NCBI RefSeq assembly: GCF_054482595.1 | Contig: NZ_CM137008.1 | Length of the DNA: 64,000 nt | Strand: one strand, 5' to 3' | In this document: positions 1 through 12,264 of the stretch, in pieces | Position numbering within the stretch: position 1 is the stretch's first letter | How the letters are laid out: each line of letters starts with the position of its first letter | Translations under genes and position numbers: made by a program | Notes under the pieces: model-generated | The model's input: the letters and a program-made list of their open reading frames with translations, nothing else | Databases searched by the model: none | What the model was told of the DNA's origin: nothing

Positions 1-820
1 CTCCATCGCCAATCGCCACGGTCTGCGCCAGCGGGATTTCATACTCCTGCGCGAGGCGAGTCAGAGTTTTCGCTTTGTACTGCGCGTCTACGATGTCGCC
101 GATCACATTGCCGGTAAATTTACCGTCCATGATCTCCAGTTCATTGGCTACCACGGCTGTCAGGCGCAGCTTGTCGCGCAGGTATTCAGCAAAGAAAGTA
201 AAGCCGCCGGAGGCAATCGCCACTTTCCAGCCCAGCGTTTCCAGCTTGAGCACCAGTTGCGTTAAGCCTGGCATCAGCGGCAGATTTTCACGCACCTGTT
301 GCAGAATATTGGCGTCAGCGCCTTTCAGCGTCGCCACGCGGCTGCGCAGGCTGGCGGTAAAATCGAGTTCGCCGCGCATCGCCCGTTCGGTTACTTCCGC
401 CACCATCTCGCCCGTTCCGGCCAGTTTGGCAATTTCATCAATACATTCAATCTGGATGGCGGTGGAATCCATGTCCATCACCAGCAAACCCGGCGTGCGC
501 AGGTGCGGGATTTTTCCCAGCGGCGCGACATCCAGCTGCGCTTCGTGGGCCAGGCGTGTAGCCCGTGCGGTGAGTGAACCTGCCAGACGAATCACCTGAT
601 AATCTTCCACGCACCAGGCGGCAACAATCACCATCGCCGCACCCAGTTTGCTCTGGTATTGGGTCAGACGCTGTTTATCCAGCCCACGACCATACAGCAG
701 CCAGCCGCTACGACCTGCGTGGTAATCCAGTGGCATCACTTCATCACCACTTAATGAAAGAGGCAGACCCGGCCATAAAGAGACATCTTCAGGCAGGTCG
801 CACCAGGTAATGTTAGGCAT
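1..820 (-). CDS. serB: phosphoserine phosphatase SerB, 5' portion (3' end lies beyond window start)
   Basis: Reverse-strand reading from ATG at 820 gives MPNITWCDLPEDVSLWPGLPLSLSGDEVMPLDYHAGRSGW, the SerB N-terminus; not in the ORF track because the stop is outside the window. Confidence 0.85.
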   Translation of the reverse strand, partial: MPNITWCDLPEDVSLWPGLPLSLSGDEVMPLDYHAGRSGWLLYGRGLDKQRLTQYQSKLGAAMVIVAAWCVEDYQVIRLAGSLTARATRLAHEAQLDVAPLGKIPHLRTPGLLVMDMDSTAIQIECIDEIAKLAGTGEMVAEVTERAMRGELDFTASLRSRVATLKGADANILQQVRENLPLMPGLTQLVLKLETLGWKVAIASGGFTFFAEYLRDKLRLTAVVANELEIMDGKFTGNVIGDIVDAQYKAKTLTRLAQEYEIPLAQTVAIGDG

Positions 821-925
821 TAAGGCTCCTGTAAAATCGTTCGAAGCAGGGAAAATAACGCATGAGGCTACCTTGTATCCATTGCTTCTGGCAACATTAA
901 GTCTCAAATTTTCAAAGGGTGGAAG

Positions 926-1570
926 ATGGCTCGCACAAAACTGAAATTCCGGCTACATCGGGCAGTGATTGTCCTGTTCTGTCTTGCCTTGTTAGTGGCA
1001 CTGATGCAGGGGGCGTCATGGTTTAGTCAAAACCACCAGCGACAGCGTAATCCACAGCTGGAAGAACTGGCCCGCACCCTGGCGCGTCAGGTGACGCTGA
1101 ACGTTGCACCGCTGATGCGTACCGACTCACCGGATGAAAAACGCATTCAGGCGATCCTCGATCAGTTAACGGATGAAAGCCGTATCCTCGACGCGGGTGT
1201 GTATGACGAACAAGGCGATCTTATCGCCCGTTCTGGCGAAAGCGTCGAAGTGCGCGACCGGCTGGCGCTCGACGGCAAAAAAGCGGGCGGCTATTTTAAC
1301 CAGCAGATTGTCGAACCCATTGCCGGGAAAAACGGACCGCTCGGCTATCTGCGCCTGACGCTCGACACCCATACGCTCGCCACCGAAGCCCAACAGGTGG
1401 ATAACACCACTAACATTTTACGCCTGATGTTGCTGCTCTCACTGGCAATCGGCGTAGTGCTGACCCGCACGCTGCTACAGGGTAAACGTACCCGCTGGCA
1501 GCAATCGCCCTTCCTGTTAACCGCCAGCAAACCGGTGCCGGAAGAGGAAGAAAGCGAGAAAAAAGAGTGA
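926..1570 (+). CDS. ytjB: membrane protein Smp/YtjB
   Basis: 214-aa ORF with N-terminal TM segment, recognised as Smp; position between serB and lplA. Confidence 0.85.
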   Translation: MARTKLKFRLHRAVIVLFCLALLVALMQGASWFSQNHQRQRNPQLEELARTLARQVTLNVAPLMRTDSPDEKRIQAILDQLTDESRILDAGVYDEQGDLIARSGESVEVRDRLALDGKKAGGYFNQQIVEPIAGKNGPLGYLRLTLDTHTLATEAQQVDNTTNILRLMLLLSLAIGVVLTRTLLQGKRTRWQQSPFLLTASKPVPEEEESEKKE

Positions 1571-1597
1571 CCCATTACTACAAGAAAGGAAATCGTT

Positions 1598-2614
1598 ATG
1601 TCCACATTACGCCTGCTCATCTCTGACTCTTACGACCCGTGGTTTAACCTGGCGGTGGAAGAGTGTATTTTTCGCCAAATGCCCGCCACGCAGCGCGTTC
1701 TGTTTCTCTGGCGCAATGCCGACACGGTAGTAATTGGTCGCGCGCAGAACCCGTGGAAAGAGTGTAATACCCGGCGGATGGAAGAAGATAACGTCCGCCT
1801 GGCGCGGCGCAGTAGCGGTGGCGGCGCGGTGTTCCACGATCTCGGCAATACCTGTTTTACCTTTATGGCTGGCAAGCCGGAGTACGATAAAACCATCTCC
1901 ACGTCGATTGTGCTCAATGCTCTGAACGCGCTCGGCGTCAGCGCCGAAGCGTCCGGACGTAACGATCTGGTGGTGAAAACCGCCGAAGGCGACCGCAAAG
2001 TCTCAGGATCGGCCTATCGCGAAACCAAAGATCGTGGCTTCCACCACGGCACCTTGCTGCTCAATGCCGACCTCAGCCGCCTGGCAAACTATCTCAATCC
2101 GGATAAAAAGAAACTGGCGGCGAAAGGCATTACCTCAGTGCGTTCCCGCGTGACCAACCTCACCGAGCTGTTGCCGGGGATCACCCATGAGCAGGTTTGC
2201 GAGGCCATAACCAAGGCCTTTTTCGCCCATTATGGCGAGCGTGTAGAAGCGGAAATCATCTCCCCAGACAAAACGCCAGACTTGCCAAACTTCGCCGAAA
2301 CCTTTGCCCGTCAGAGTAGCTGGGAATGGAACTTCGGTCAGGCTCCGGCATTCTCGCATCTGCTGGATGAACGCTTTACCTGGGGCGGCGTGGAACTGCA
2401 TTTCGACGTTGAAAAAGGCCATATCACCCGCGCCCAGGTGTTTACCGACAGCCTCAACCCCGCGCCGCTGGAAGCCCTCGCCGGACGACTCCAAGGCTGC
2501 CTGTACCGCGCAGATATGCTGCAACAGGAGTGCGAAGCGCTGTTGGTTGACTTCCCGGAACAGGAAAAAGAGCTACGGGAGTTATCGGCATGGATGGCTG
2601 GGGCGGTAAGGTAA
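1598..2614 (+). CDS. lplA: lipoate-protein ligase A
   Basis: 338-aa [28 protein letters not shown]..., recognised as LplA; SD-like GGAAA upstream. Confidence 0.95.
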   Translation: MSTLRLLISDSYDPWFNLAVEECIFRQMPATQRVLFLWRNADTVVIGRAQNPWKECNTRRMEEDNVRLARRSSGGGAVFHDLGNTCFTFMAGKPEYDKTISTSIVLNALNALGVSAEASGRNDLVVKTAEGDRKVSGSAYRETKDRGFHHGTLLLNADLSRLANYLNPDKKKLAAKGITSVRSRVTNLTELLPGITHEQVCEAITKAFFAHYGERVEAEIISPDKTPDLPNFAETFARQSSWEWNFGQAPAFSHLLDERFTWGGVELHFDVEKGHITRAQVFTDSLNPAPLEALAGRLQGCLYRADMLQQECEALLVDFPEQEKELRELSAWMAGAVR

Positions 2615-2645
2615 CTCGCTGATTAAAATATCCAAGGAAGGAAAT

Positions 2646-2909
2646 ATGATCGATCTGGAAAACCAGGAACGGGAGATTATCAATTTAATGTTCAGCCAGC
2701 GTATTTCCTGGCTAGCCGCCGTGCGTATCAGGCATAAATTATCGCTTGCTGAAGTAAGTAAAATGTTAGGTATCTCGATTAATTCTCTAAAACAGATCGA
2801 AAAGACGGAACGGCTTAGCTCAAACATCAAAAGCAAAATGGCAGAAATTTATGGTTGTCCACCAGAGTTGCTGATATGCCCTTCCTGGATGACGGCTGAA
2901 CATAAATGA
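2646..2909 (+). CDS. small XRE-family helix-turn-helix protein (hypothetical)
   Basis: 87-aa ORF with strong SD (AAGGAAGGAA N5 ATG); HTH-like segment LSLAEVSKMLGISINSLKQIEK; AT-rich codon usage. Confidence 0.5.
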   Translation: MIDLENQEREIINLMFSQRISWLAAVRIRHKLSLAEVSKMLGISINSLKQIEKTERLSSNIKSKMAEIYGCPPELLICPSWMTAEHK

Positions 2910-2935
2910 ATAGATTCGTGAATAGATACTAAAAA

Positions 2936-2959
2936 GCCGGAGCAGTCCCCCACTCCGGC
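2936..2959 (-). terminator. rho-independent terminator downstream of deoD (hairpin also closes the convergent + strand ORF)
   Basis: GCCGGAG...CTCCGGC stem; on the minus strand it is followed by TTTTT. Confidence 0.7.
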
Positions 2960-2992
2960 TTAACACGACAATCGCCTTGCAGCGAAACACAA

Positions 2993-3712
2993 TTACTCTT
3001 TATCGCCCAGCAGAACGGATTCCAGTGCGATTTTGATCATGTCGTTGAAGGTGGTCTGACGCTCAGCGGCAGTGGTCTGCTCGTGAGTGCGGATGTGGTC
3101 AGACACGGTGCAGATGGTCAGGGCTTTCGCGCCAAATTCTGCAGCGACGCCGTAGATACCAGCCGCTTCCATTTCCACGCCGAGGATGCCGTATTTTTCC
3201 ATCACGTCGAACATTTCGCCGTCCGGAGAGTAGAACAGGTCAGCGGAGAACAGGTTACCCACGCGAGCATCAATGCCCAGTGCTTTAGCTGCATCTACTG
3301 CGTTACGCACCATGTCGAAGTCAGCGATAGCTGCGAAGTCATGGTCTTTAAAGCGGATACGGTTAACTTTGGAATCGGTGCAGGCACCCATACCAATCAC
3401 CACGTCACGCAGTTTTACGTGCGGCAGAACAGCGCCACAGGAACCAACGCGGATAATTTTCTTCACGCCGAAATCGGTGATCAGTTCTTTGGTGTAGATG
3501 GAGCAGGACGGGATACCCATACCGTGACCCATTACGGAAATTTTGCGGCCTTTGTAAGTACCAGTGAAGCCCAGCATACCGCGTACGTTGTTCACTTCAC
3601 GGGCATCTTCAAGGAAAGTTTCAGCAATATACTTCGCACGCAGCGGGTCGCCTGGCATCAAAACTACGTCAGCGAAATCGCCCATTTCTGCATTAATGTG
3701 TGGGGTAGCCAT
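2993..3712 (-). CDS. deoD: purine nucleoside phosphorylase DeoD
   Basis: [34 protein letters not shown]...; true start is the internal ATG at 3712 (239 aa) with AAGGA SD; track ORF is N-extended. Confidence 0.95.
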
Positions 3713-3768
3713 TGTTTTATCCTTTTTGTGACATAACAAAGGCGGAGTCAACGCTCCGCCCAAATCCA

Positions 3769-5013
<1,245 letters not shown>

Positions 5014-5043
5014 TCAAATTTAAATGATCAGATCAGTATACCG

Positions 5044-6366
5044 TTATTCGCTGATACGGCGATAGACAGTTGGTGTGCTTTCCGGTGCTTTATCGGCAAG
5101 TTTAATTGCCGCTTTCACCGCTTTCGCCGCTTCCTGCCAGCTGTTTTCGTCTTTCGCGTGGATAACCGCCAGCGGACGCTGACCGTCTACCTGGTCGCCC
5201 AGACGTGCCATATCAGTAAAGCCGACGCTGTAATCGATGGTGTCAGATGCCTGACGGCGTCCGCCGCCCATTGCAACCACTGCCATCCCCAGCGCGCGGG
5301 TATCCATTTCACTGACAAAACCTTCGGTATCAGCATAGACTGCTTTCGTCAGCATCGCTGTCGGCAGATACTTCGCGTAGTTCTCAACGAAGTCGGTCGG
5401 GCCTTTTTGTGCCGCTACCATACGACCAAAGACTTCTGCCGCTTTACCGTTGTCCAGCACCGCCTGCAATTTCGCGCGCGCTTCGGCGTCATCTTTCGCC
5501 AGTTTGCCGGAGATCAGCATCTCCACACACAGCGCCATCGTGACATCAAACAGACGCGGGTTACGATATTCACCCGTCAGGAACTGCACCGCTTCACGAA
5601 CTTCAACCGCGTTACCTGCACTGGAGGCCAGTACCTGATTCATGTCGGTGAGCAGCGCGGTGGTGCGCACGCCAGCGCCGTTAGCCACGCCAACAATCGC
5701 TTCGGCAAGGGCTTCAGAGAGTTCGTAGGTCGGCATAAACGCGCCGCTACCCACTTTCACGTCCATCACCAGCGCGTCCAGACCTTCCGCCAGTTTCTTC
5801 GCCAGGATCGAGGCAGTGATCAGCGGGATGGAGTCCACGGTTGCGGTAATATCGCGGGTCGCGTAGAAACGTTTATCTGCCGGAGCCAGTGAGCTGGTCT
5901 GGCCAATAATCGCCACACCGACGTCTTTAATAATTTCGCGGAAACGGTTGTCATCCGGGAAAATGTCGAAGCCAGGGATGGATTCCAGTTTGTCGAGCGT
6001 ACCGCCAGTATGACCGAGGCCACGACCGGAGATCATCGGAATATAGCCGCCGCAGGCTGCGACCATCGGCCCCAACATCAGCGAAGTGACATCGCCGACG
6101 CCACCGGTGGAGTGTTTATCAACAATCGGTCCATTCAGATGCAGGCTTTTCCAGTCGAGAACGGTTCCTGAATCTCGCATCGCCATGGTCAGCGAGACAC
6201 GCTCAGGCATTGTCATATCGTGGAAGAAAATGGTCATCGCGAGGGCGGCAATCTGCCCTTCGGAGATAGTGTTGTCGCGAATACCGTTGATAAAGAAACG
6301 AATTTCTTCATCGCTCAGCGCATGACCATCACGTTTTTTACGAATAATTTCTTGTGCGAGAAACAA
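5044..6366 (-). CDS. deoA: thymidine phosphorylase DeoA
   Basis: 440-aa [34 protein letters not shown]... Confidence 0.95.
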
Positions 6367-6399
6367 GGTAACCTCCCGAGGAAAAGAGTATGAGGCGGC

Positions 6400-6480
6400 T
6401 TTTGCCGGATGCGTCTACGCCTTATCCGGCCTACGGGTAGATACGTCTCGTAGGCCTGATAAGCGCAGCGCATCAGGCGT
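6400..6480. repeat. REP/BIME-type palindromic element between deoA and deoC
   Basis: GCCGGATGCG...CGCCTTATCCGGCCTACG and GTAGGCCTGATAAGCGCAGCGCATCAGGCG motifs. Confidence 0.75.
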
Positions 6481-6492
6481 AAAGCATCTTAC

Positions 6493-7272
6493 TTAGTAGC
6501 TGCTGGCGCTCTTACCGTCGCCGTGGCCCAGCGCTTTCAGCAGGCTTGCCAGCAGGCTGGAAGCGCCAAAGCGGTAGTGACGCGCATCAGCCCAGTCAGC
6601 ACCGAACAGTTCATCTGCGATGGCGAGATATTTCTGCGCATCTTCCGCAGTACGCACGCCGCCCGCCGGTTTGAAACCAACGGTTTTTTCTACGCCCATA
6701 TCACGGATCACTTCCATCATGATGCGCGCGCTTTCCGGCGTCGCGTTCACAGCCACTTTACCGGTAGAGGTTTTGATGAAGTCCGCACCCGCTTTGATGG
6801 AGATTTCAGACGCTTTACGGATCAGCGCTTCGTCTTTCAGTTCGCCGGTTTCGATGATCACTTTCAGCAGTACATTCGCTGCCGCGCAAGCCTCTTTACA
6901 GGCTTTCACCAGGTCAAAACCAACCTGCTCGTTACCCGCCATCAGCGCGCGGTACGGGAACACAACGTCAACTTCATCAGCACCGTAGGCGATTGCCGCA
7001 CGGGTTTCTGCCAGTGCGATGTCGATGTCGTCGTTACCGTGTGGGAAGTTGGTTACCGTAGCAATACGGATTTCCGGGGTGCCCTGCTCTTTCAGTGTTT
7101 TGCGAGCAATCGGGATAAAGCGAGGATAGATACAGATAGCGGCGGTATTGCCGACCGGAGTTTTGGCCTGATGACACAGAGCAATTACTTTCTCGTCGGT
7201 GTCGTCGTCATTCAGGGTGGTCAGGTCCATCAATTTCAGTGCACGCAGGCTGCTTGCTTTCAGATCAGTCAT
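6493..7272 (-). CDS. deoC: deoxyribose-phosphate aldolase DeoC
   Basis: [52 protein letters not shown]...; start taken at the internal Met (259 aa). Confidence 0.95.
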   Translation of the reverse strand: MTDLKASSLRALKLMDLTTLNDDDTDEKVIALCHQAKTPVGNTAAICIYPRFIPIARKTLKEQGTPEIRIATVTNFPHGNDDIDIALAETRAAIAYGADEVDVVFPYRALMAGNEQVGFDLVKACKEACAAANVLLKVIIETGELKDEALIRKASEISIKAGADFIKTSTGKVAVNATPESARIMMEVIRDMGVEKTVGFKPAGGVRTAEDAQKYLAIADELFGADWADARHYRFGASSLLASLLKALGHGDGKSASSY

Positions 7273-7316
7273 TTCATTCTCCTGGCTTGTCGCCAATAAA
7301 ATTCACCTTGCGAGTT

Positions 7317-7332
7317 TGTTAGTATTCTAACA
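7317..7332. promoter_or_regulatory. DeoR operator (near-perfect palindrome) at deoP2, about 45 bp upstream of deoC
   Basis: TGTTAGTATTCTAACA, one mismatch to the TGTTAGAA/TTCTAACA palindrome. Confidence 0.7.
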
Positions 7333-7529
7333 TCTACTCCGCAACACACTTCGATATACATCACAATTAAGGAAATCTACTTACAAGTTTGCATCACTAT
7401 AATGCGATCTGGTTCAAATAATTCACTTTCAAATGAATGCGTCAGTGGTGGCAAACGCATCAGGATCAAAGTGAACATCACGAAACTTCTTACAATGGCG
7501 CATCACCTTCGGCATAAAAGGAAAAGAAG

Positions 7530-9080
7530 ATGCCCACTTCTCATGAAAATGCACTGCAACAACGTTGCCAGCAAATTGTCACCAGCCCAGTGCTTAGCCC
7601 GGAGCAGAAGCGCCATTTTCTGGCACTGGAAGCAGAAAACAATCTGCCTTACCCACAGCTTCCTGCCGAAGCCCGCCGCGCGCTGGATGAAGGTGTAATC
7701 TGCGATATGTTTGAAGGTCATGCGCCGTACAAACCGCGCTATGTCTTACCCGATTACGCCCGTTTTCTGGCGAACGGTTCCGAATGGCTGGAGCTGGAAG
7801 GCGCGAAAGATCTTGATGACGCACTCTCTCTGCTGACCATTCTTTACCACCACGTACCGTCGGTCACATCGATGCCGGTCTACCTGGGGCAACTGGATGC
7901 GTTGTTGCAACCGTATGTTAGAATTCTAACACAAGACGAGATCGATGTTCGAATAAAACGTTTCTGGCGTTACCTCGACAGAACCCTGCCAGACGCCTTT
8001 ATGCACGCCAATATCGGCCCGTCTGATTCGCCCATTACCCGCGCGATCTTACGTGCAGACGCAGAGTTGAAGCAGGTTTCACCGAACCTGACCTTTATCT
8101 ACGATCCTGAAATCACCCCTGATGACCTGCTGCTGGAAGTGGCGAAGAACATCTGTGAATGTAGCAAACCGCACATCGCCAACGGTCCGGTGCATGATAA
8201 AATTTTCACAAAAGGGGGCTACGGGATTGTGAGCTGTTACAACTCACTGCCGCTGGCGGGTGGTGGCAGCACGCTGGTACGCCTTAACCTGAAAGCCATT
8301 GCCGAGCGCAGCGAATCGCTGGATGACTTCTTTACGCGCACTCTACCGCACTACTGCCAGCAGCAGATCGCCATCATCGATGCGCGGTGTGAATTCCTCT
8401 ATCAACAATCACACTTCTTTGAGAATAGCTTCCTGGTGAAAGAAGGGCTGATTAACCCTGAACGTTTTGTGCCAATGTTTGGCATGTATGGGCTGGCGGA
8501 AGCGGTTAACTTGCTGTGTGAGAAAGAAGGGATTGCCGCGCGCTACGGTAAAGAAGCCGCCGCAAATGAAGTGGGTTATCGCATCAGCGCGCAACTGGCG
8601 GAGTTTGTCGCCAATACCCCCGTGAAATATGGCTGGCAAAAACGCGCCATGTTACACGCACAGTCGGGGATCAGTTCCGATATCGGCACCACGCCGGGCG
8701 CGCGTTTGCCGTATGGCGATGAGCCAGATCCGATCACCCATCTGCAAACTGTCGCCCCGCATCATGCTTATTATTATTCCGGCATCAGCGACATTCTGAC
8801 GCTCGACGAAACCATCAAACGTAATCCGCAGGCGCTGGTACAGCTTTGCCTCGGTGCCTTTAAAGCCGGAATGCGTGAATTTACCGCCAATGTCAGCGGT
8901 AACGATCTGGTTCGCGTTACCGGTTATATGGTGCGTTTGTCGGATTTAGAAAAATATCGCGCCGAAGGTTCACGCACCAACACCACCTGGCTGGGCGAAG
9001 AAGCCGCACGCAACACTCGTATTCTGGAACGCCAGCCGCGCGTGATAAGCCATGAACAGCAGATGCGCTTTAGTCAGTAA
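7530..9080 (+). CDS. yjjI: glycine-radical-enzyme family protein YjjI
   Basis: 516-aa ORF divergent from deoC; recognised as YjjI. Confidence 0.85.
   Translation: MPTSHENALQQRCQQIVTSPVLSPEQKRHFLALEAENNLPYPQLPAEARRALDEGVICDMFEGHAPYKPRYVLPDYARFLANGSEWLELEGAKDLDDALSLLTILYHHVPSVTSMPVYLGQLDALLQPYVRILTQDEIDVRIKRFWRYLDRTLPDAFMHANIGPSDSPITRAILRADAELKQVSPNLTFIYDPEITPDDLLLEVAKNICECSKPHIANGPVHDKIFTKGGYGIVSCYNSLPLAGGGSTLVRLNLKAIAERSESLDDFFTRTLPHYCQQQIAIIDARCEFLYQQSHFFENSFLVKEGLINPERFVPMFGMYGLAEAVNLLCEKEGIAARYGKEAAANEVGYRISAQLAEFVANTPVKYGWQKRAMLHAQSGISSDIGTTPGARLPYGDEPDPITHLQTVAPHHAYYYSGISDILTLDETIKRNPQALVQLCLGAFKAGMREFTANVSGNDLVRVTGYMVRLSDLEKYRAEGSRTNTTWLGEEAARNTRILERQPRVISHEQQMRFSQ
7917..7932. promoter_or_regulatory. 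DeoR operator (perfect 16-bp palindrome), deoP1-type site lying inside the yjjI reading frame
   Basis: TGTTAGAATTCTAACA; centre is 600 bp from the 7317-7332 site. Confidence 0.65.
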
Positions 9081-9915
9081 GATTATCCCCTTCTCCTGCG
9101 TTGACGGGCCAGGCAGTCGTCTGGCTCTGTTTTTGCAGGGCTGCAATCTGCGCTGCAAAAACTGTCACAATCCGTGGACGATGGGACGTTGCAATGACTG
9201 TGGGGAGTGCGTGCCACAGTGTCCGCATCAGGCGTTGCAGATTGTTGACGGCAAAGTGGTGTGGAACGCTGTGGTCTGCGAGCAATGTGATACCTGCCTG
9301 AAGAGGTGTCCGCAACATGCCACACCAATGGCGCAATCCATGAGCGTGGAGGAGGTGCTTAGCCATGTGCGCAAAGCGGTGCTGTTTATTGAAGGGATAA
9401 CGGTAAGCGGCGGCGAAGCCACGACCCAACTGCCGTTTGTAGTGGCGCTGTTTACTGCCATCAAAAACGATCCGCAACTGTGCCATCTCACCTGCCTCGT
9501 GGACAGTAACGGTATGTTGAGCGAAACCGGCTGGGAAAAATTGCTCCCGGTGTGCGACGGCGCAATGCTCGATCTCAAAGCGTGGGGGAGCGAATGTCAT
9601 CAACAATTAACCGGACGCGATAATCAGCAGATTAAGCGCAGCATCTGTTTGCTGGCAGAGCGCGGCAAGCTGGCGGAACTGCGTTTGCTGGTAATCCCTG
9701 GCCAGGTGGATTATTTGCAACACATCGAAGAACTGGCGGTGTTTATCAAGGGACTTGGCGATGTTCCGGTACGCCTGAACGCGTTTCATGCCCACGGCGT
9801 GTATGGCGAGGCGCAAAGCTGGGCGAGCGCCACGCCGGAAGACGTTGAGCCGTTGGCTGATGCGTTACGGGAGCGCGGGGTGAGCCGGTTAATATTTCCG
9901 GCGCTGTATTTGTGA
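9052..9915 (+). CDS. yjjW: glycyl-radical enzyme activating protein (radical SAM) YjjW
   Basis: 287-aa ORF with Cys-rich ferredoxin-like cluster motifs ([32 protein letters not shown]); overlaps yjjI 3' end by 29 nt. Confidence 0.85.
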   Translation: MNSRCALVSKIIPFSCVDGPGSRLALFLQGCNLRCKNCHNPWTMGRCNDCGECVPQCPHQALQIVDGKVVWNAVVCEQCDTCLKRCPQHATPMAQSMSVEEVLSHVRKAVLFIEGITVSGGEATTQLPFVVALFTAIKNDPQLCHLTCLVDSNGMLSETGWEKLLPVCDGAMLDLKAWGSECHQQLTGRDNQQIKRSICLLAERGKLAELRLLVIPGQVDYLQHIEELAVFIKGLGDVPVRLNAFHAHGVYGEAQSWASATPEDVEPLADALRERGVSRLIFPALYL

Positions 9916-9916
9916 C

Positions 9917-10125
9917 ATGCCGGATACGGCCTACGGTTCGGCACAGACTTGTAGGCCTGATAAGACGCGTCAAGCGTCGCATCAGGCATTGTGCGCCAAC
10001 TGCCGGATGCGGCGTGAACGCCTTATCCGGCCTACGGTTCGGCACAAACCTGTAGGCATGATAAGACGCGTTAAGCGTCGCATCAGGCATTATGCGCCGA
10101 CTGCCGGATGCTGCCTACGAAGGGC
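9917..10125. repeat. cluster of REP/BIME palindromic repeats (two near-identical units)
   Basis: Tandem duplication of ...GCCTGATAAGACGCG(T/TT)AAGCGTCGCATCAGGCATT...GCCGGATGCGGCGTGAACGCCTTATCCGGCCTACG... Confidence 0.8.
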
Positions 10126-10128
10126 AAA

Positions 10129-10911
10129 CTACCCACGAACGTTAAACACCGCATACGTGTTATTAAGCAACACTTCGGCAATCTCATTCACCGGTTCCCG
10201 GCGCAACTCGCAAAGCACGGCAAACACACGGGCAGCCTGTTCCGGGCGGTTAGGCTGCCCCTGAAAACCGTTGAGCGGCATATCCGGCGCATCGGTTTCC
10301 AGCAACAACGATGCCAGCGGTAATTTTGCGATGACATCGCGGGTTTTACTGGCGCGTGGATAGGTGATAGTACCGCCTACGCCGATTTTGTAGCCCAGCT
10401 GTACAAACCGCTCGGCCTGTTGCAGGCTGCCGGAAAAACCGTGAACCACGCCAGTGCGCGATAAATCGTGGCGTTTAAGATGCATCGCCAGTTTGTCGTG
10501 TGTGCGCCGTGAATGCAGGATCACCGGCAGATCGTAGCGTTTCGCCAGTTTCAGTTGTTCGTCGAGTAACCACTGCTGCCTCTCAAATTGCGGATCGTCG
10601 CCAAAGAGATCCAGACCGATCTCCCCCACCGCCACCACCTTCGCCGGACGCCTTTCCAGCGCCTGCTGTAGCTGCTCAAGAGACACATCGCTATGTTTTT
10701 CCAACATACCAGGATGCAAGCCCAATGCGGCATACAGCGGTTGATAATTTTCCGCTAACGCCTGCACGCGGGCAAAATTTGCCGCCTCGGTTGCCGGAAC
10801 AATGATCTTGCCTACGCCCGCTTGTGCCGCGCGTTGCAGGCTAGCCTCTTCATCACCGCTAAACGGCGGAAAATCAAAATGGCAGTGAGTGTCGATAAAA
10901 CGGCAAATCAA
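10129..10911 (-). CDS. yjjV: TatD-family metal-dependent hydrolase YjjV
   Basis: 260-aa ORF MICRFIDTHCHFDFPPF... (TatD HxH motif). Confidence 0.85.
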   Translation of the reverse strand: MICRFIDTHCHFDFPPFSGDEEASLQRAAQAGVGKIIVPATEAANFARVQALAENYQPLYAALGLHPGMLEKHSDVSLEQLQQALERRPAKVVAVGEIGLDLFGDDPQFERQQWLLDEQLKLAKRYDLPVILHSRRTHDKLAMHLKRHDLSRTGVVHGFSGSLQQAERFVQLGYKIGVGGTITYPRASKTRDVIAKLPLASLLLETDAPDMPLNGFQGQPNRPEQAARVFAVLCELRREPVNEIAEVLLNNTYAVFNVRG

Positions 10912-11981
10912 GCCAGATCCTCATTGTTAAATGTCGGGTCGTTCGCCTGCGGAGCGTCGCTCACTTCGGCAACCAGTGTATCGTTGGCGACTGGCGCAGG
11001 CGGAATGACAATCGATTCCGGCGTCACCACTGGCACCAGATGGCGGGTAAGCGGCGCTTTTTCAGTTAATAGCTTGCCAACCGTGGCGAGGAAATAACGA
11101 CCGCATAAACGCCCAAGTTTATAGTCTTCGCGCAGCGCCGGAATCCGACTGCCAAGCGCGATACTATGTAATGGCTTCGGCGGATAAATTTCGAATATCC
11201 GCAGCTTGCCCGGTGGTTTCTCAATAAATTGCTGAATGTCACGATAGCTGGTTTCATGATGCTGTACCAGATTGACCAGCGGTTGCAGGCTACTGTCGCC
11301 CAGCCAGCGTTCCATGCGTTTAAACCACTGCGGCGTATAGTACATTTGCGACGGCACAGTGCGGATGACGACCAACGTTTTAGCGCCCTGCCTTGCCGCC
11401 TCTTTAACCGGAATCGCATCACTGATCCCGCCATCCAGGTAGTTAATGCCTTCCAGCGACACTCCGCTACGATAAAAGCCAGGTATCGCACTGGAGGCGC
11501 GAATCACATCCAGCCAGTTTTGTTTGGTTGGTAAAAAGTAATTCGGCGCGTAGTCATCCTGACGACAGGCGCACATATAAAACGATTTGCCGCTGTCAAA
11601 CAACCGCGCGGCGGTATCCATTTGCAACGGCATCTGGCTTGCAGTGGCCTCCACCAGCCAGTCGAGATCGATAAGATTTCCTCCACGGACAAAGCGCAAT
11701 GGATCGAAAAATTCGCGTTTTGTGGTATAGCGCATGATGACTTTGCGCGCGTAACCGGGCTGATTGCAGATAAACGCCGAGAGGTTCTGCGCCCCGGCAG
11801 ATGTGCCGAGATAAAGATCGAAAGGATTAAACTGCGCGCGCATAAACTCATCCAGCACGCCAGCCGTGAAAATTCCACGCTGCCCGCCGCCTTCGCACAC
11901 CAGAGCTATTCGTCCAGGCTGGAACGGCCTTAGCGACAACGGCGCAATATTACCAAGCGTTACAGGTATTCGCTGCCCCAC
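10908..11981 (-). CDS. yjjU: patatin-like phospholipase YjjU
   Basis: GGGQRG oxyanion motif and GTSAG serine-lipase motif; start placed at GTG 11981 (357 aa), the track ORF begins 12 codons upstream. Confidence 0.85.
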   Translation of the reverse strand: MGQRIPVTLGNIAPLSLRPFQPGRIALVCEGGGQRGIFTAGVLDEFMRAQFNPFDLYLGTSAGAQNLSAFICNQPGYARKVIMRYTTKREFFDPLRFVRGGNLIDLDWLVEATASQMPLQMDTAARLFDSGKSFYMCACRQDDYAPNYFLPTKQNWLDVIRASSAIPGFYRSGVSLEGINYLDGGISDAIPVKEAARQGAKTLVVIRTVPSQMYYTPQWFKRMERWLGDSSLQPLVNLVQHHETSYRDIQQFIEKPPGKLRIFEIYPPKPLHSIALGSRIPALREDYKLGRLCGRYFLATVGKLLTEKAPLTRHLVPVVTPESIVIPPAPVANDTLVAEVSDAPQANDPTFNNEDLA

Positions 11982-12102
11982 TTCTGCCTTCCTGTTTTTG
12001 TTGTGAAAGAAAGACAAAGTAACGCAATTTATTATTCGCTAAAACCGCAAAAGCCAGTCCGCTGGACTGGCTTTGGATAAAATTTTCTTAATGGTCTGAA
12101 AT

Positions 12103-12264
12103 CTAGGGTCGTTTTCGGCCCATGAACAAACTCACCAGGAACAGAATAATCCCGACGACAAAGACAATTTTAGCTGCGCCTGCAGCGGTACCGGCCAGAC
12201 CACCAAACCCAAGTGCGGCGGCGATTAACGCGATAACCAGAAATATGATGCCCCAACGAAACAT
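12103..12264 (-). CDS. ytjA: small membrane protein YtjA (DUF1328)
   Basis: [53 protein letters not shown] (53 aa). Confidence 0.8.

Noticed and set aside
75-810. Plus-strand ORFs (75..599, 299..577, 574..810) at the window start
   Set aside because: They lie antisense to the recognisable serB reading frame on the minus strand; shadow ORFs in a GC-rich coding region.
9917-10264. ORFs 9746..10090, 9786..9989, 9917..10264 and 17724..17999 spanning palindromic repeats
   Set aside because: They run through REP/BIME elements whose repetitive GC-rich sequence generates open frames; duplicated peptide text reflects the DNA repeat, not a gene.
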